From a virus (Duplodnaviria; Caudoviricetes): a stretch of 48,988 nucleotides of DNA. Position 1 is the stretch's first letter. Each line of letters begins with the position of its first letter. Below the pieces are notes generated by a model. That model saw only the letters and a program-made list of their open reading frames with translations. It had not been told where the DNA came from and searched no databases. Shown one piece after another: positions 23,567 through 34,051 of the stretch. A program made the position numbers and the translations under genes. The DNA lies in IMG/VR virus record IMGVR_UViG_3300037780_000193, positions 1 to 48,988 of that record, one strand, 5' to 3'.

Positions 23567-25487
23567 ACACCTTGTCGCGGCCACAATTGCCGCTGTTCTG
23601 CCGCCACCGCCGCCGCTCGACCTGAACCAATGGGCGATCGACAACATCGTCTTCGGAGGCGAAAGCCCGTATCCCGGACCGTACAACCCGGACAACGCGC
23701 CGTGGAACGCGACGATCTTCTCGGCGTTGGAACCGACCGATCCGTGTCGCGACGTTGTTCTGAAAGGGTCCGCGCAGTTCGGCAAGACGGTCATAGGGCA
23801 AGTGTTTTGTTTGGGAACCGTGTCGACGCAAGAGGGGTTGTTTCTCTATACGCATCCCCAGGACGACAACGCGAAACGCTGGTCGCGTACCAAGCTGCGC
23901 CCGATGCTGCGAAAGTCGTCGGCGCTGACCCAGATTTTCGGTCCGGTGTCGGACCAGTCGCTCTTGTATATCGAGCGCCGCGACGGGGCCGCGCAGATCC
24001 AGGTATCGGGCGCGCGTTCGGAATCGTCGCTGTCGATGATTACGGCCCGGCGCCAGGTGCAAGACGACCTGGCGAAATGGGAAACGAACGAGGCCGGCGA
24101 CCCGGAGGAACAGGCCGATAGCCGGTCGGCGTCGGTGCGGAACCGCAAGACACTAAAGGCGTCGACGCCGCTGATCGAGCCGGGGTGCCGCATCACCCGG
24201 GCATACAAGGCCGGGACGCGCGAAGAATGGGCCATGCCGTGCCCGCATTGCGGCTTTCGGCACCCGCTTCGGTGGGAGAACCTGCTGGAAAATCTGGATG
24301 AGGCGCATCCGGAAGCGGCGGCGTTTTCCTGCCCCGATTGCGGCGGCTTGATTGAGCAACACCATTTGCGGGGCATGCGGTCGAAAGGCCGCTTCGTCGC
24401 GGGCAATCCGGGCGCGCCGTCCCGGTCGTTCTACCTTTGGCGAGCGTTGTTCGGTGTCGATACCTTCGCGGATATCGCCCGGAAATGGCTTCAGGTCAAA
24501 GGCGACCCGGCAGCGGAGCAGGTTTTCTACAACGATTGGCTGGGTCTCGCTTATGAGGCCGCCGGCCAGGCGCCCCCGGCGGAAGCCCTGCGCGACCGCG
24601 CGGTCGAAGGGCACCCGCGCGGGGTGATCCCGGCCGGGTTCCCTTTGCTGACGATCGGTGTCGACGTTCAGGGCGGGGACGCCGAACCGCGATTGGAATG
24701 CCAGGTCGTCGCCTGGGGGCCGGATCTGCGCCGGGCGATCGTCGATTACATCGTAATCGAAGGTCACATTCAGGATGACAAGCCGCGCAAGGCGTTGGAC
24801 GCGCTGCTGACGCGGACCTGGCGGAACACCGCCGGCGGACGCGTTCAAGCGGATGCGATGGCGGTCGATGCGAACGCGTATACCGAGGACGTCATGGACT
24901 GGGTGAAACGCCACCCGGCCTCGAAAGTGATCGGTATTCGCGGATCGAACCAAGAGACCGCGCCGCCCCTGGCGGAAGTGAAATACGAGCGCGATCGCCG
25001 CGGCCGGAAGAAGCGGTTCGGGAAACGGTTCAAGTCAGTCGGCGTCATCGGGATGAAAGCGGCGTTCTATCGTCTGCTGGAAAAGACCGATCCGCTATCG
25101 CGCGGCTATGTCGCGCTGCCATCCGGGATGGAAGACGTGTTTTTCGAGGGACTGACCGCCGAAAGGCGGGTGCGTCAGGCGAAGCGCGGCCCGAATGGAC
25201 AAGAGCGGTGGAAATGGGAGGTCCGGCCCAACACCCGCAACGAACCGCTGGACACGATGATGTACGCCGAGGCGGCCGCGGTTTTCAAAGGATGGCGGCA
25301 AAACCAGCGTCACGAGGAATTCTGGGACACGCTTTGCGCGGAACGCGAGGCGCCCGTCGGCCCGCCCGGCGCTCAGCTCGATCTAGAGGATATCGCTGTG
25401 CCGGCCGCGAACGCCGTTCGCGGACAGGGTTCGGAACAGGATGGAACGCCGCTGAGGAAAGTCGCGCGGCATAGGGATCTGGCATGA
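23535..25487 (+). CDS. Terminase large subunit, lambda GpA family
   Basis: KGSAQFGKT Walker A, STP, CPHC/CPDC, IGVDVQ, RNEPLD. Confidence 0.95.
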   Translation: MTTGIVLRNLEHLVAATIAAVLPPPPPLDLNQWAIDNIVFGGESPYPGPYNPDNAPWNATIFSALEPTDPCRDVVLKGSAQFGKTVIGQVFCLGTVSTQEGLFLYTHPQDDNAKRWSRTKLRPMLRKSSALTQIFGPVSDQSLLYIERRDGAAQIQVSGARSESSLSMITARRQVQDDLAKWETNEAGDPEEQADSRSASVRNRKTLKASTPLIEPGCRITRAYKAGTREEWAMPCPHCGFRHPLRWENLLENLDEAHPEAAAFSCPDCGGLIEQHHLRGMRSKGRFVAGNPGAPSRSFYLWRALFGVDTFADIARKWLQVKGDPAAEQVFYNDWLGLAYEAAGQAPPAEALRDRAVEGHPRGVIPAGFPLLTIGVDVQGGDAEPRLECQVVAWGPDLRRAIVDYIVIEGHIQDDKPRKALDALLTRTWRNTAGGRVQADAMAVDANAYTEDVMDWVKRHPASKVIGIRGSNQETAPPLAEVKYERDRRGRKKRFGKRFKSVGVIGMKAAFYRLLEKTDPLSRGYVALPSGMEDVFFEGLTAERRVRQAKRGPNGQERWKWEVRPNTRNEPLDTMMYAEAAAVFKGWRQNQRHEEFWDTLCAEREAPVGPPGAQLDLEDIAVPAANAVRGQGSEQDGTPLRKVARHRDLA

Positions 25488-25702
25488 CACAGGACAAGGC
25501 GACGCTTCAAAAGTGGTTGAACGACGCCGAAGCGGCGTTGCAGGAACTGACGACCGGACTTCGGCCGGTGACCGTCGCCTATGGCGGAAACTCGGTGACC
25601 TATACGGCAGCCGATGAAACGGCGTTGCGCCGCCGGATTTCGGAGCTTCGCATGCAGTTGGGGCTCGGGTCCGGCCGCCGGCCGATCCTTCCGTATTTCT
25701 GA
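25484..25702 (+). CDS. gpW-like head-tail joining protein
   Basis: AL.EL.TG..PV.V.Y....VTY; between terminase and portal. Confidence 0.8.
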   Translation: MTQDKATLQKWLNDAEAALQELTTGLRPVTVAYGGNSVTYTAADETALRRRISELRMQLGLGSGRRPILPYF

Positions 25703-25724
25703 AACGCATTTGGCGATTGGCACC

Positions 25725-27320
25725 ATGGCCGCATTGTCCCCGATCCTCGGCGCGGATGGCGCACCGATGCGCCGCGCCGCGTCGGATATCCGCGACACGA
25801 CCCATGAGGGCGCGTCGCGAATGTCGCGCGAAACCGCCCGCTGGCATGCGCCGATCCTGTCGGCCGATGCGGGTTTGCTCTATGAGCGGGATACCCTGGT
25901 CTCCCGCGCCCGTGACCAGGCCGCCAATAACGGCTGGGTGGCGGGCGGTCTGCAGCGGCAGCTCGACGCGGTTATCGGACAAGGGCTGAGGCTCCGATCC
26001 AAGCCGAACTGGCGCGCGTTGGGTTTGTCGTCCGAATGGGCATTTGAGTTCGCCGACCAGGTCGAGGCGAAATGGCGCGAATACGCCATGGACCCGCGCT
26101 GCTGGATCGACAGCACGCGCCAATCGACCTTTGCCGGCTTGTGCGGCACGGCGTTCCGTCACCGCGTCGTCGACGGCGAAGGATTGGCGGTCCTGCATTG
26201 GATTCCGGGCCGTGGCGCCCGTTACGCCTTGGCGGTGGAACTGGTCGATCCGGATCGCCTGGCCAATCCGATCGGTGCCGCGGATTCGAACGTCCTGCGC
26301 GGCGGGATCGAGCTCGACGGTTACGGCGCGTTCATCGCCGCGCATATCCGGAAATCGCACCCGTCCGATATCGGGTTCCGGGCGGATGGCTACCAGGTGG
26401 AGCGCGTTGCGCGGTTTACTCCGTGGGGCCGTCCGCAATGCGTTCACTTCTTCGAGCCGGAACGCGCGGGTCAGCATCGCGGGAAATCCATGTTGGCGCC
26501 GGTTCTTGCCAAGCTTCGGATGGGGGACAAGTACGACAAGACCGAATTGCAGGCCGCAGTTCTGAATGCCGTTTTCGCGGCATTCATCCAGTCGAAGGCC
26601 GACTCGCAAATGGTCTCCGAGCTGCTGGATGGTGGCGACGGTTTCGGCGACTACCAAAAGGAGCGTGCCGCATTTTATGGCGAGCGTGCGATTACCGTCG
26701 ACGGCGTTGCAATCTCGAACCTGTTTCCAGGCGATGAGGCGACATTCCCGAACGCGTCACGGCCTCATAGCGGTCATTGGCCGTTTATCCAGACCGTGCT
26801 GCGGTCAACGGCCTCCGCGCTTGGGATTAGTTACGAGCAACTGTCCGGCGATTGGTCCGCCGTGAACTATTCGAGCGCCCGCGCCGCCCTGATCGAGGTC
26901 TGGCGGTTCCTGGATGCGCGGCGCTTTTATTTCGCGCAGAGCTTCGCGACGCCGATCTATGCCGCATGGCTCGAGGAGGCGATCGACCTGGGCGATGTGG
27001 AACTGCCGCCGGGTGCCCCGGATTTCTATGAAGCCATGGGCGCCTATACCGATTGCGAATGGTTGGGACCGGCGCGCGGCTGGGTCGATCCGACCAAGGA
27101 AGCGCAGGGCGCGTTGATGCGGATCGACGGCCAGATTTCGACAAGCACGATCGAGGCGGCGATCCAGGGCAACGACTATGACGACGTGCTAGAGCAGCAG
27201 GCGCGGGAGCGGGCTCGACGCCAGCAGTTGAACCTGCCGGACCCAGGCGCCGGGGCGCGCGGGCAGGCGCCAGTGGAACACGCATCGGACATTGAGGCGC
27301 GTGAGGGGCAAAAGCCATGA
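25725..27320 (+). CDS. Portal protein, lambda family
   Basis: RARD..ANNGW, GIELD.YG, GISYEQLSGDWS.VNYSSARA, WVDPTKE. Confidence 0.95.
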   Translation: MAALSPILGADGAPMRRAASDIRDTTHEGASRMSRETARWHAPILSADAGLLYERDTLVSRARDQAANNGWVAGGLQRQLDAVIGQGLRLRSKPNWRALGLSSEWAFEFADQVEAKWREYAMDPRCWIDSTRQSTFAGLCGTAFRHRVVDGEGLAVLHWIPGRGARYALAVELVDPDRLANPIGAADSNVLRGGIELDGYGAFIAAHIRKSHPSDIGFRADGYQVERVARFTPWGRPQCVHFFEPERAGQHRGKSMLAPVLAKLRMGDKYDKTELQAAVLNAVFAAFIQSKADSQMVSELLDGGDGFGDYQKERAAFYGERAITVDGVAISNLFPGDEATFPNASRPHSGHWPFIQTVLRSTASALGISYEQLSGDWSAVNYSSARAALIEVWRFLDARRFYFAQSFATPIYAAWLEEAIDLGDVELPPGAPDFYEAMGAYTDCEWLGPARGWVDPTKEAQGALMRIDGQISTSTIEAAIQGNDYDDVLEQQARERARRQQLNLPDPGAGARGQAPVEHASDIEAREGQKP

Positions 27321-28225
27321 AGTCACAGCCCTATCCGCAACTCGCGGCCCGTGTGCTGAACCGTCCCCTCTTGATGGGGCCGGAACGGCTGCAGCCGCTT
27401 CTCTCGGTTCTGGGTCCGCGCCTGGGGTTTGATAGCGTCTGGATCGACGGCGCGCGCCTGCCGCTTGCGGCGCCGGCCTTCGCCTTCGATCTCGACGCGG
27501 ACGATCCCGGCGCCGCCGAACCTGCAATGGAGAAACTGTACCCGGTTGTCGACGGTGTCGCCGAGATCCGGATCGAGGGGACATTGGTCAATCGCGGCGC
27601 CTGGATCGGCTCCTATTGCGGGATGACCAGTTACGAGGGGCTGCGCGCGCAACTGACGGCGGCCTATCACGATCCGGATGTGCGGGCGATCCTATTGGAT
27701 ATTGACTGCGGCGGCGGCGAGGCGGCCGGATGTGCGGAACTGGCGGAGCTGATCGAGGCGATCGCCGGTGAAATGCCGGTATGGGCATGCCTTGCGGACG
27801 AAGCATTGAGCGCGGCCTATTGGCTCGCCTCGGCGGCCGGGAATGTCTATCTGCCGCGCCTCGGTGAGGCCGGTTCGATCGGCGTCTGGTGTCTGCATAT
27901 GGACATGTCGGCGCGCCTCAAGGGTGAGGGGCTTAGCCCGACCTTGATCCATGCCGGCAAGCACAAAGTCGACGGTCATCCGTTCGCGCCGTTGGGCGAG
28001 AATGTCCAGGCCGATTGGCAGGCCAGCGTCGACGAAACGCGCGCCGTCTTCGCGGATGCCGTCGCGCGCTATCGCGATCTGTCGGTCGCCGATGTTCTGA
28101 AAACCGAAGCCCGCATTCTGCGCGGGCCTGCCGCCGTTTCGGCCGGTCTCGTTGACGGGATCAAGGATCGCTTTCGTGCTCAGTGGGAATTGAGTGCGTC
28201 CCTGTCGGCCGCCCGGGGCGGCTGA
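27317..28225 (+). CDS. S49 head maturation protease (gpC-like)
   Basis: ILLDIDCGGGEA, ALSAAYWLAS, AGSIGV, AGKHKVDGHP. Confidence 0.92.
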   Translation: MKSQPYPQLAARVLNRPLLMGPERLQPLLSVLGPRLGFDSVWIDGARLPLAAPAFAFDLDADDPGAAEPAMEKLYPVVDGVAEIRIEGTLVNRGAWIGSYCGMTSYEGLRAQLTAAYHDPDVRAILLDIDCGGGEAAGCAELAELIEAIAGEMPVWACLADEALSAAYWLASAAGNVYLPRLGEAGSIGVWCLHMDMSARLKGEGLSPTLIHAGKHKVDGHPFAPLGENVQADWQASVDETRAVFADAVARYRDLSVADVLKTEARILRGPAAVSAGLVDGIKDRFRAQWELSASLSAARGG

Positions 28226-28248
28226 TTTCCACAAAGGAAGGAATGGTT

Positions 28249-28776
28249 ATGAAAAACTCGCTGCTTGCGTTGATGGGCAAGCGCGCGAAGCGCGCCGCCG
28301 ATCCGGACGATCCGGAAAAGGACGAGGACGAAGCCGCCGCCGGTCCCGAAGACGAGGACGAGGAAGAGGGCGCCGAGACCGAAGTCGAGGACGAAGACGA
28401 GTCCGCGGCCGATGCGGAGGACGAGGACGAAGACGAGCCCGTCGCCGGCGACAAGGAAAAGTCCCGCGACTATCGCGCCGGCCTCAAGGCGGGTGTCCGC
28501 CGCGAGCGCCGCCGCACCGCGACTGTCCTCGGCGACCCGAAGGCAAAGGGGCGTGAGGGCCAGGCCGCGATGCTGCTGGCCGGTTCGAACATGAGCCCGG
28601 CCAAGATCCTCGGCATTCTGCCGACGTTCGCGAAATCCGGCGGTCTCAGCGCCGCGATGGACAAGATCGATCGTCCGGATCTCGGCCCGTCGGCCTCCGC
28701 GCCGACGGGCACCAAGTCCCTCGCGGACTTGCAGCGGGAACGTATCGCGGCCCGCGTCGAGAGCCGCCGCCGGTAA
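28249..28776 (+). CDS. Acidic scaffold-like protein
   Basis: Long D/E tract then G...ERRRT..VL...AKGRE..A; between protease and decoration genes. Confidence 0.6.
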   Translation: MKNSLLALMGKRAKRAADPDDPEKDEDEAAAGPEDEDEEEGAETEVEDEDESAADAEDEDEDEPVAGDKEKSRDYRAGLKAGVRRERRRTATVLGDPKAKGREGQAAMLLAGSNMSPAKILGILPTFAKSGGLSAAMDKIDRPDLGPSASAPTGTKSLADLQRERIAARVESRRR

Positions 28777-28842
28777 CGCCGGCACCAATCGCGCCGCAGG
28801 AAGTGCCCTCGGCGTTTCTGAAAATCACTTTGGAGAAATGCC

Positions 28843-29505
28843 ATGTCAACTAAGGTTGAACCCGCCTATCCCGGCGATTGGTTGTTGCGCGAGGCGGACG
28901 ATCACCGCAGCCGCGCGGCGCGTACTTTTCTGGCTGGGGACGGCGCCGATCTGACGATCAAGGCCGGTACCGTTCTGGGCCGCGTCCTGTTCGCCGATCC
29001 CGTTGTCACGGATGTCGGCGGCGGCAAGGGTGCGGTCGGCGGTGTCGTGCTTGGCCGCGCGGCCGTTATTGGCACTTACACCCTGACCTGTATCGCCGCC
29101 GCGGCCGATGGCGGCCGGTTCCAGGTCGTGACGCCGTCCGGTGTCGCGCTGGCCGACGCTTTGGTCGGCGTCGCATACGCGAACGATCACATGGGCTTCA
29201 CGATCGCCGATGCCGCGACGGATTTCGAGGTCGGCGATACCGCGACGATCGCGGTTTCCGCCGGGTCGCTGAAACAGGTCCCCTACGATCAGGACGGCAC
29301 GCACGGCGAACAGATCGCGGACGCGGTGAACTTCGCGCTGCTGACCGTGCCCGATGGCGAAGACGCCAGGGGTCTGGTCATCACCGGCGAGGCGATCGTG
29401 AAGCGCGGCGGTCTCGTCTGGCCGTCCGATATCGACCCGGCGGAACAGGATCTGGCGGAAGCCGACCTGGCCGCGCGCGGCTTCCAATTCCGCGACCGCG
29501 GCTAA
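28843..29505 (+). CDS. Head decoration protein (gpD position) with internal beta-rich insertion
   Basis: PGDWLLREAD..RSR, AGTVLG, PYD.DG..G, LVWP. Confidence 0.8.
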   Translation: MSTKVEPAYPGDWLLREADDHRSRAARTFLAGDGADLTIKAGTVLGRVLFADPVVTDVGGGKGAVGGVVLGRAAVIGTYTLTCIAAAADGGRFQVVTPSGVALADALVGVAYANDHMGFTIADAATDFEVGDTATIAVSAGSLKQVPYDQDGTHGEQIADAVNFALLTVPDGEDARGLVITGEAIVKRGGLVWPSDIDPAEQDLAEADLAARGFQFRDRG

Positions 29506-29571
29506 GCCGGCGGCCGCCCACCAAAATTGCCGGCACCCGACGGGGTCGGCCCTGTGAAAGGAGTAACGGTC

Positions 29572-30609
29572 ATGGATCTGACCCCGGATATGTTCGGCCC
29601 GAATGGGTTGTTCTCGACGACGTCCCTGACGAACGCGATCAACGTCATCCCCAATGAGTACGGCCGACTTCAGGAAATCGGCCTGTTCGGCGAGCCGCGC
29701 GGCATTGCGACGACGACCGTCGTCATCGAACGCCGGCACGGCAAGCTGAACCTGTTGTCGACCAAGACGCGGGGCGAACCGGCGCCGGCCAACGAGCGCG
29801 GCAAGCGCGACGCAATCAGCTTCGTCGTCCCGCATATCCCCCTGGACGACATTCTGAAGGCCGAGGATTTCCAGGGTGTCCGGCGGTTCGGCAGCGCCAA
29901 CGAAATGGAAACGCTGCAGCAGAAGGCCATGGAAATTCAGGAATCCATGGCGAAGAAGCATTTTATCACCTGGGAATTCCACCGCATCGGCGCGATGTCC
30001 GGCAAGGTCCTGGACGCCGACGGGTCGGTCATTCATGACTTCTTTGAGACGTTCGGCATTGCTCAGAAAGTCGTCGACTTCAAACTGGGCACGGCGGGCA
30101 CGGCGGTTCGCACCAAGTGTTTGGAAGTCAGCCGCCATATCGAGGACAATCTTCTGGGCGAGACCATGACGGGCGTTCGTGGCATGTCCAGTCCCGAATT
30201 CTTCGACAAGCTGATCGAGCATGAAAGCGTCAAGGACGCCTTCATGTATCATTCTGAAGCGACGGACAAACTCGGCGGCGATCCGCGCAAGGGGTTCAAG
30301 TTCGGCGGCATCACCTTCGAGGAATATCGCGGCAGCGCCGGCGCGTTGAATTCCGACGGTACGACGACGACGCGTCGTTTCATCGCCGCCGGCGATTGCC
30401 GGTTCTTCCCGGAAGGCACCCAGGAAACGTTCACGCATCATTGCGCGCCTGGCGATTTCGTCGAAACCGCCAACACCCTGGGCCTGCCGCTGTATCAGAA
30501 GGCGGAACCGGGGAAGATGAACCGTTGGATCGATTTCCACGCCCAGAGCAACCCGCTGTTTCTCTGTCTGCGTCCGGAAATTCTGGTCCGCGGTCATTCG
30601 TCGGACTGA
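29572..30609 (+). CDS. Major capsid protein, lambda gpE family
   Basis: FS..SLT.AIN.IPN, T.E..RIGA..G..LDADG, FGGITFEEY, QSNPL.LC.RP. Confidence 0.93.
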   Translation: MDLTPDMFGPNGLFSTTSLTNAINVIPNEYGRLQEIGLFGEPRGIATTTVVIERRHGKLNLLSTKTRGEPAPANERGKRDAISFVVPHIPLDDILKAEDFQGVRRFGSANEMETLQQKAMEIQESMAKKHFITWEFHRIGAMSGKVLDADGSVIHDFFETFGIAQKVVDFKLGTAGTAVRTKCLEVSRHIEDNLLGETMTGVRGMSSPEFFDKLIEHESVKDAFMYHSEATDKLGGDPRKGFKFGGITFEEYRGSAGALNSDGTTTTRRFIAAGDCRFFPEGTQETFTHHCAPGDFVETANTLGLPLYQKAEPGKMNRWIDFHAQSNPLFLCLRPEILVRGHSSD

Positions 30610-30635
30610 CCTTCCGGCGTTACCGATTGCCTGGG

Positions 30636-30670
30636 AAGGGCCGCCGCGACAACGGCGGCCCTTGTCTTTG
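30636..30670 (+). terminator. Intrinsic terminator after capsid gene
   Basis: 11-bp stem AAGGGCCGCCG/CGGCGGCCCTT followed by a T-rich tail. Confidence 0.6.
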
Positions 30671-30741
30671 TCCGTTTCTTTCCCGCCCGCCGCGTTCATG
30701 GCGCGCCGTGCCGGCAAGAGACCCGATTGAAAGGAAATCCG

Positions 30742-31236
30742 ATGCGAATTCGAGCGAATGAAGCGTTCTCCTATCCGGAGAACGATCGCGGCGATATGCG
30801 CCACGTTCCCCAAAACTGGCGCGGCGATGTCCCCGAAAACCTTGCCGAAGAGTTGATTGCGGCAGGTCTTGCCGAAAAGGAAGCCGCGCCGGCAGCCGGG
30901 ACCGTCATTCTGTCGGCCCGCCCCGCCGCGCCGGCCCCCGAAGACTTGCCAGCGGATGTTCAGGCGGCTTTGCCCGCCGTTTTCCGTGCGCTGACGGTTG
31001 AGGAATGGGGCAAGGACGGCGTGCCCAATCTGGCGCCGATCCAGGCCGGCTTGAAATCGGTTCTCGGCAAGTCGGTCAAGCTGAATGCGGCGCAGCGGAA
31101 TGCAGCGCTTGCCGTCTTCCACCGTGAAAACCCTGACTTCGAGCCGGGTGTCTCCGGCGCGGCCGCAGGCGGTGACGATCCCGCGCAGGGCGGGTCGGAT
31201 AATCCCGATCCGCCGATCGTCGGCGGAAACGAATAG
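30742..31236 (+). CDS. Hypothetical virion/packaging protein (gpFI position)
   Basis: AAGGA RBS; EEWGKDGVPNL...LNAAQRNAA helical motif. Confidence 0.6.
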   Translation: MRIRANEAFSYPENDRGDMRHVPQNWRGDVPENLAEELIAAGLAEKEAAPAAGTVILSARPAAPAPEDLPADVQAALPAVFRALTVEEWGKDGVPNLAPIQAGLKSVLGKSVKLNAAQRNAALAVFHRENPDFEPGVSGAAAGGDDPAQGGSDNPDPPIVGGNE

Positions 31237-31340
31237 CCCGAAACACGGGCGCGTCTGGGCCCTCTCTCTCTCCCTTGCGCGTCTTGTGCGCCCCGCGAAC
31301 GGCGTTCGCGGGGCGGATTCGTACAGGTTAGGGGTGCGGC

Positions 31341-31700
31341 ATGACGAATTGGCGGGGACTGACGGCCGGGCTGATCGGCGTTGCGCGTAGCGCGTTCGGT
31401 GAGCCGGCGGTTCTGACACTGATCGGCGACGACCTGGAAATTCTGTCGGTGCATGCGGATCTCAAGGGCATTTTCTTCGATCCGACCGAGCAGGTTGCGG
31501 CGGCTGGTGACGATTCGGGATTCGATATGGAAACGCCGTCGGCCGTGTTCGCCCTGGCGGATCTGCCGGCGGCGCTGCTGGCGCCGTCCGGCTGGCGCGG
31601 GGCGACGCTTAGAATTCGGGAAACCGATTACGAGGTAATCCGAAAGCCGACTTCCGACGGACAATCCGCGATCCGATTGTTTCTGCGATTGGCCGCCTGA
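31341..31700 (+). CDS. Head-tail joining protein (gpFII-like)
   Basis: FGEP, GIFFDP, YEV....SDG...RLFL. Confidence 0.65.
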   Translation: MTNWRGLTAGLIGVARSAFGEPAVLTLIGDDLEILSVHADLKGIFFDPTEQVAAAGDDSGFDMETPSAVFALADLPAALLAPSGWRGATLRIRETDYEVIRKPTSDGQSAIRLFLRLAA

Positions 31701-31722
31701 CGAAAGCGGGCGAGGGGGTTCC

Positions 31723-32289
31723 ATGGTCTTGCCTTTGGCCCATGTCGCGCCGGACGTTCTGTCGACCCTGGTCGCGGATACCGCCGCCGCCTTGCGCGCG
31801 AATGCCGCGTATCTGTCCCTGGCGTCGCAAAGGCAGGTCCGGGAATCGCCGGTCGATGCCCGCGACGGCCGCGACGGTGCGGCGATCGAGATATTCGGCG
31901 TGTCGGAGACTGAGGTTTTTCCGAATGCCGGGCCGCCGGAATCCGACGTTACCGAGGCGCAGATCGCGATCATAGCGACCGTCCCGGCGGCGTCTGGTTG
32001 GGAGACAGCGATCCGCGCCTTGCGTGCCCGTATCCGGGCAGTGCTGTTGCAGGACCCGGCTTATGCCTGGCGGTTGGATATCCGCCGCATCGATCATGCA
32101 CTGGCCTTTGAAGGGGGCGGTGCCCTGGTTGCGGGCACGGCCGCCCTGACCGTGACTGTGGCCTATCCGACGGGCTACCCGCCCGTCGATGCACCGCATC
32201 TGGAGGGCGTCGATATCGACGTCGCTTATCCCGGCCCGGAAGACGCCGGCGCGCTGCTGATGCGTATCGATTTACCGCCGCCCGATTAA
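31723..32289 (+). CDS. Putative tail completion/terminator protein
   Basis: Position before DUF2635-like and sheath genes; size. Confidence 0.5.
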   Translation: MVLPLAHVAPDVLSTLVADTAAALRANAAYLSLASQRQVRESPVDARDGRDGAAIEIFGVSETEVFPNAGPPESDVTEAQIAIIATVPAASGWETAIRALRARIRAVLLQDPAYAWRLDIRRIDHALAFEGGGALVAGTAALTVTVAYPTGYPPVDAPHLEGVDIDVAYPGPEDAGALLMRIDLPPPD

Positions 32290-32313
32290 GCGGGCCAGAC
32301 GAAGGAAGATCCC

Positions 32314-32502
32314 ATGACCCGATTGTTTCTGAAACCGGCCCCCGGCCGCGTTGTCCGACGTCCCGCGCCCGATGGCCGCCCGCTCGATGCCGGCGGCGCC
32401 TTTGTTCCGGACGACGTTTACTGGCGGCGCCGGATCGCCGATGGCGACGCCGTTGCCGCGAAGCCGCCCGCCGCCCCGAAATCCCAGAAAGCCGAGGGTT
32501 GA
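32314..32502 (+). CDS. DUF2635-like protein (Mu gp38 position)
   Basis: KPAPGRVVR.P..G..L...G..VP...YWRRRI.DGD. Confidence 0.85.
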   Translation: MTRLFLKPAPGRVVRRPAPDGRPLDAGGAFVPDDVYWRRRIADGDAVAAKPPAAPKSQKAEG

Positions 32503-32505
32503 TCC

Positions 32506-33996
32506 ATGGTCGATTTCAACACCATCCCGAACGATCTGCGTGTCCCGCTGTTCTATGCGGAGGTCGACGGATCGCGCGCCGGCACGTTCGATATTCGGCA
32601 ACCGTTGATCCTGATCGGTCACAAGCTCGACACCGGGACCGCGGCGGAGGATCTGCCGCATCTCATCGGGTCGGCGGATCACGCCGGCGAGCTGGCCGGC
32701 CGCGGCTCGATGCTGCATGCGATGGCGCGCCGCTCCTTTGAGAACGATCCGACGATCGAAACCTGGATCTTGCCGGTCGCGGCCCCCGATGGGACGGCCG
32801 CCGAGGCGACGGTCGAGATCACCGGCACGGCGACCCAGGCCGGGGTCCTGCCGGTTTATGCTGGCGGCCGAAAAGTCAGCGTGTCCGTCTCGGTCGGTGA
32901 TACCGCGGCCGAGGTCGCGACGGCACTCGCCGCGGCGGTGCAGGCCGACAAGGACGGCGTCGCCACGGCGGCCGCAGTCGATGGGACGGTAACGCTCACC
33001 GCGCGTCACGACGGCGTGGTCTATAACGGCCTTCCGGTTGAAATCGCCCCGTTGGGCAGTCTGGGGGGCGAAACGGTGCCGGCCGGTCTGACCGTCACGC
33101 CGTCCGCCTTTGCCGACGGTGCCGGTGTTCCGGATATCGCCACGGGCCTCGCCGCCCTGGGGGACGACATTTACGATTTCATCGTGTCGGCCTTTACCGA
33201 TACCGCCGCGCTCGACGATCTGGATGATTTTCTGTCCGGTGTGTCCGGCCGGTGGAGCTACGCGTCGCAACTCTACGGTCACGCCTTCGCCGCCAAAGTC
33301 GACACGCTGTCGAACCTGGCGAGCTTCGGCAACGCCCGGAACGGCGAACACGTCACGGTATCGGTTCTGCGTGCCTGTCCGCATCCTGTTTGGGAGATCG
33401 CGGCGGCGTCTGCCGCGCGCGCGGCACAGTCTTTGCGCATCGATCCGGCCCGGCCGCTCCAAACCCTGACCCTGTCGGGCATTCGCTGCCGCGCCAGCGG
33501 CCAACGGTTCACGATGCAGGAACGGAACACGCTGCTCTATGACGGTGTCGCGCCCCTGTCGGTCGACGATCGCGGGACGGTTCGGCTTGAGCGTGTCGTG
33601 ACGACCTATCAGGAAAACCCGTTCGGCCAGCCGGATAACGCCTGGCTCGACGTCACGACGCCCTTCACGATCGCTGAGGTCCTTCGCCGTTTGCGCCGGG
33701 TCGCCGAAACGGAATTCGCCCGCATGAAGCTGGCGAATGACGATCAACCGATCGCGCCCGGATCGGCGACAGTGACCGCGAAGCTGGTTCGGGGCCGCGT
33801 CATCGCGGAATACCAGACCATGATGCTGGAAGGTCTGGTTGAGAACCTGGACGCCTTCAAGGCGCATCTGGTCGTTGAGCGGTCTGCGGACAATCCGAAC
33901 CGCCTCGACATTCTGTTCCCGCCGGACCTGGTGAACGGCCTGATGGTGATCGCCGTTCTGGCCCAGTACCGCCTGCAATATCCGGCCGCGGCCTAA
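32506..33996 (+). CDS. Contractile tail sheath, Mu gpL-like
   Basis: F..IP..LRVPLFYAEVD.S.A, G.GSML..M, DPARPLQTL, R.VTTYQ.N..G..D. Confidence 0.95.
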   Translation: MVDFNTIPNDLRVPLFYAEVDGSRAGTFDIRQPLILIGHKLDTGTAAEDLPHLIGSADHAGELAGRGSMLHAMARRSFENDPTIETWILPVAAPDGTAAEATVEITGTATQAGVLPVYAGGRKVSVSVSVGDTAAEVATALAAAVQADKDGVATAAAVDGTVTLTARHDGVVYNGLPVEIAPLGSLGGETVPAGLTVTPSAFADGAGVPDIATGLAALGDDIYDFIVSAFTDTAALDDLDDFLSGVSGRWSYASQLYGHAFAAKVDTLSNLASFGNARNGEHVTVSVLRACPHPVWEIAAASAARAAQSLRIDPARPLQTLTLSGIRCRASGQRFTMQERNTLLYDGVAPLSVDDRGTVRLERVVTTYQENPFGQPDNAWLDVTTPFTIAEVLRRLRRVAETEFARMKLANDDQPIAPGSATVTAKLVRGRVIAEYQTMMLEGLVENLDAFKAHLVVERSADNPNRLDILFPPDLVNGLMVIAVLAQYRLQYPAAA

Positions 33997-34051
33997 GCCG
34001 CTCGCGACGCCTGAAGCGGCCGGCGTGCCGCGCTGAGGAAAGGACAAAATC

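Noticed and set aside
28300-28440. GACGAG/GAAGAC-rich repeats
   Set aside because: Explained by the Asp/Glu low-complexity tract of the scaffold-like protein
28846-31419. 857-aa minus-strand ORF and other long antisense ORFs (e.g. 32272-34053, 25383-26657, 44556-45797)
   Set aside because: Shadow frames of well-supported plus-strand virion genes in high-GC DNA; no recognisable motifs
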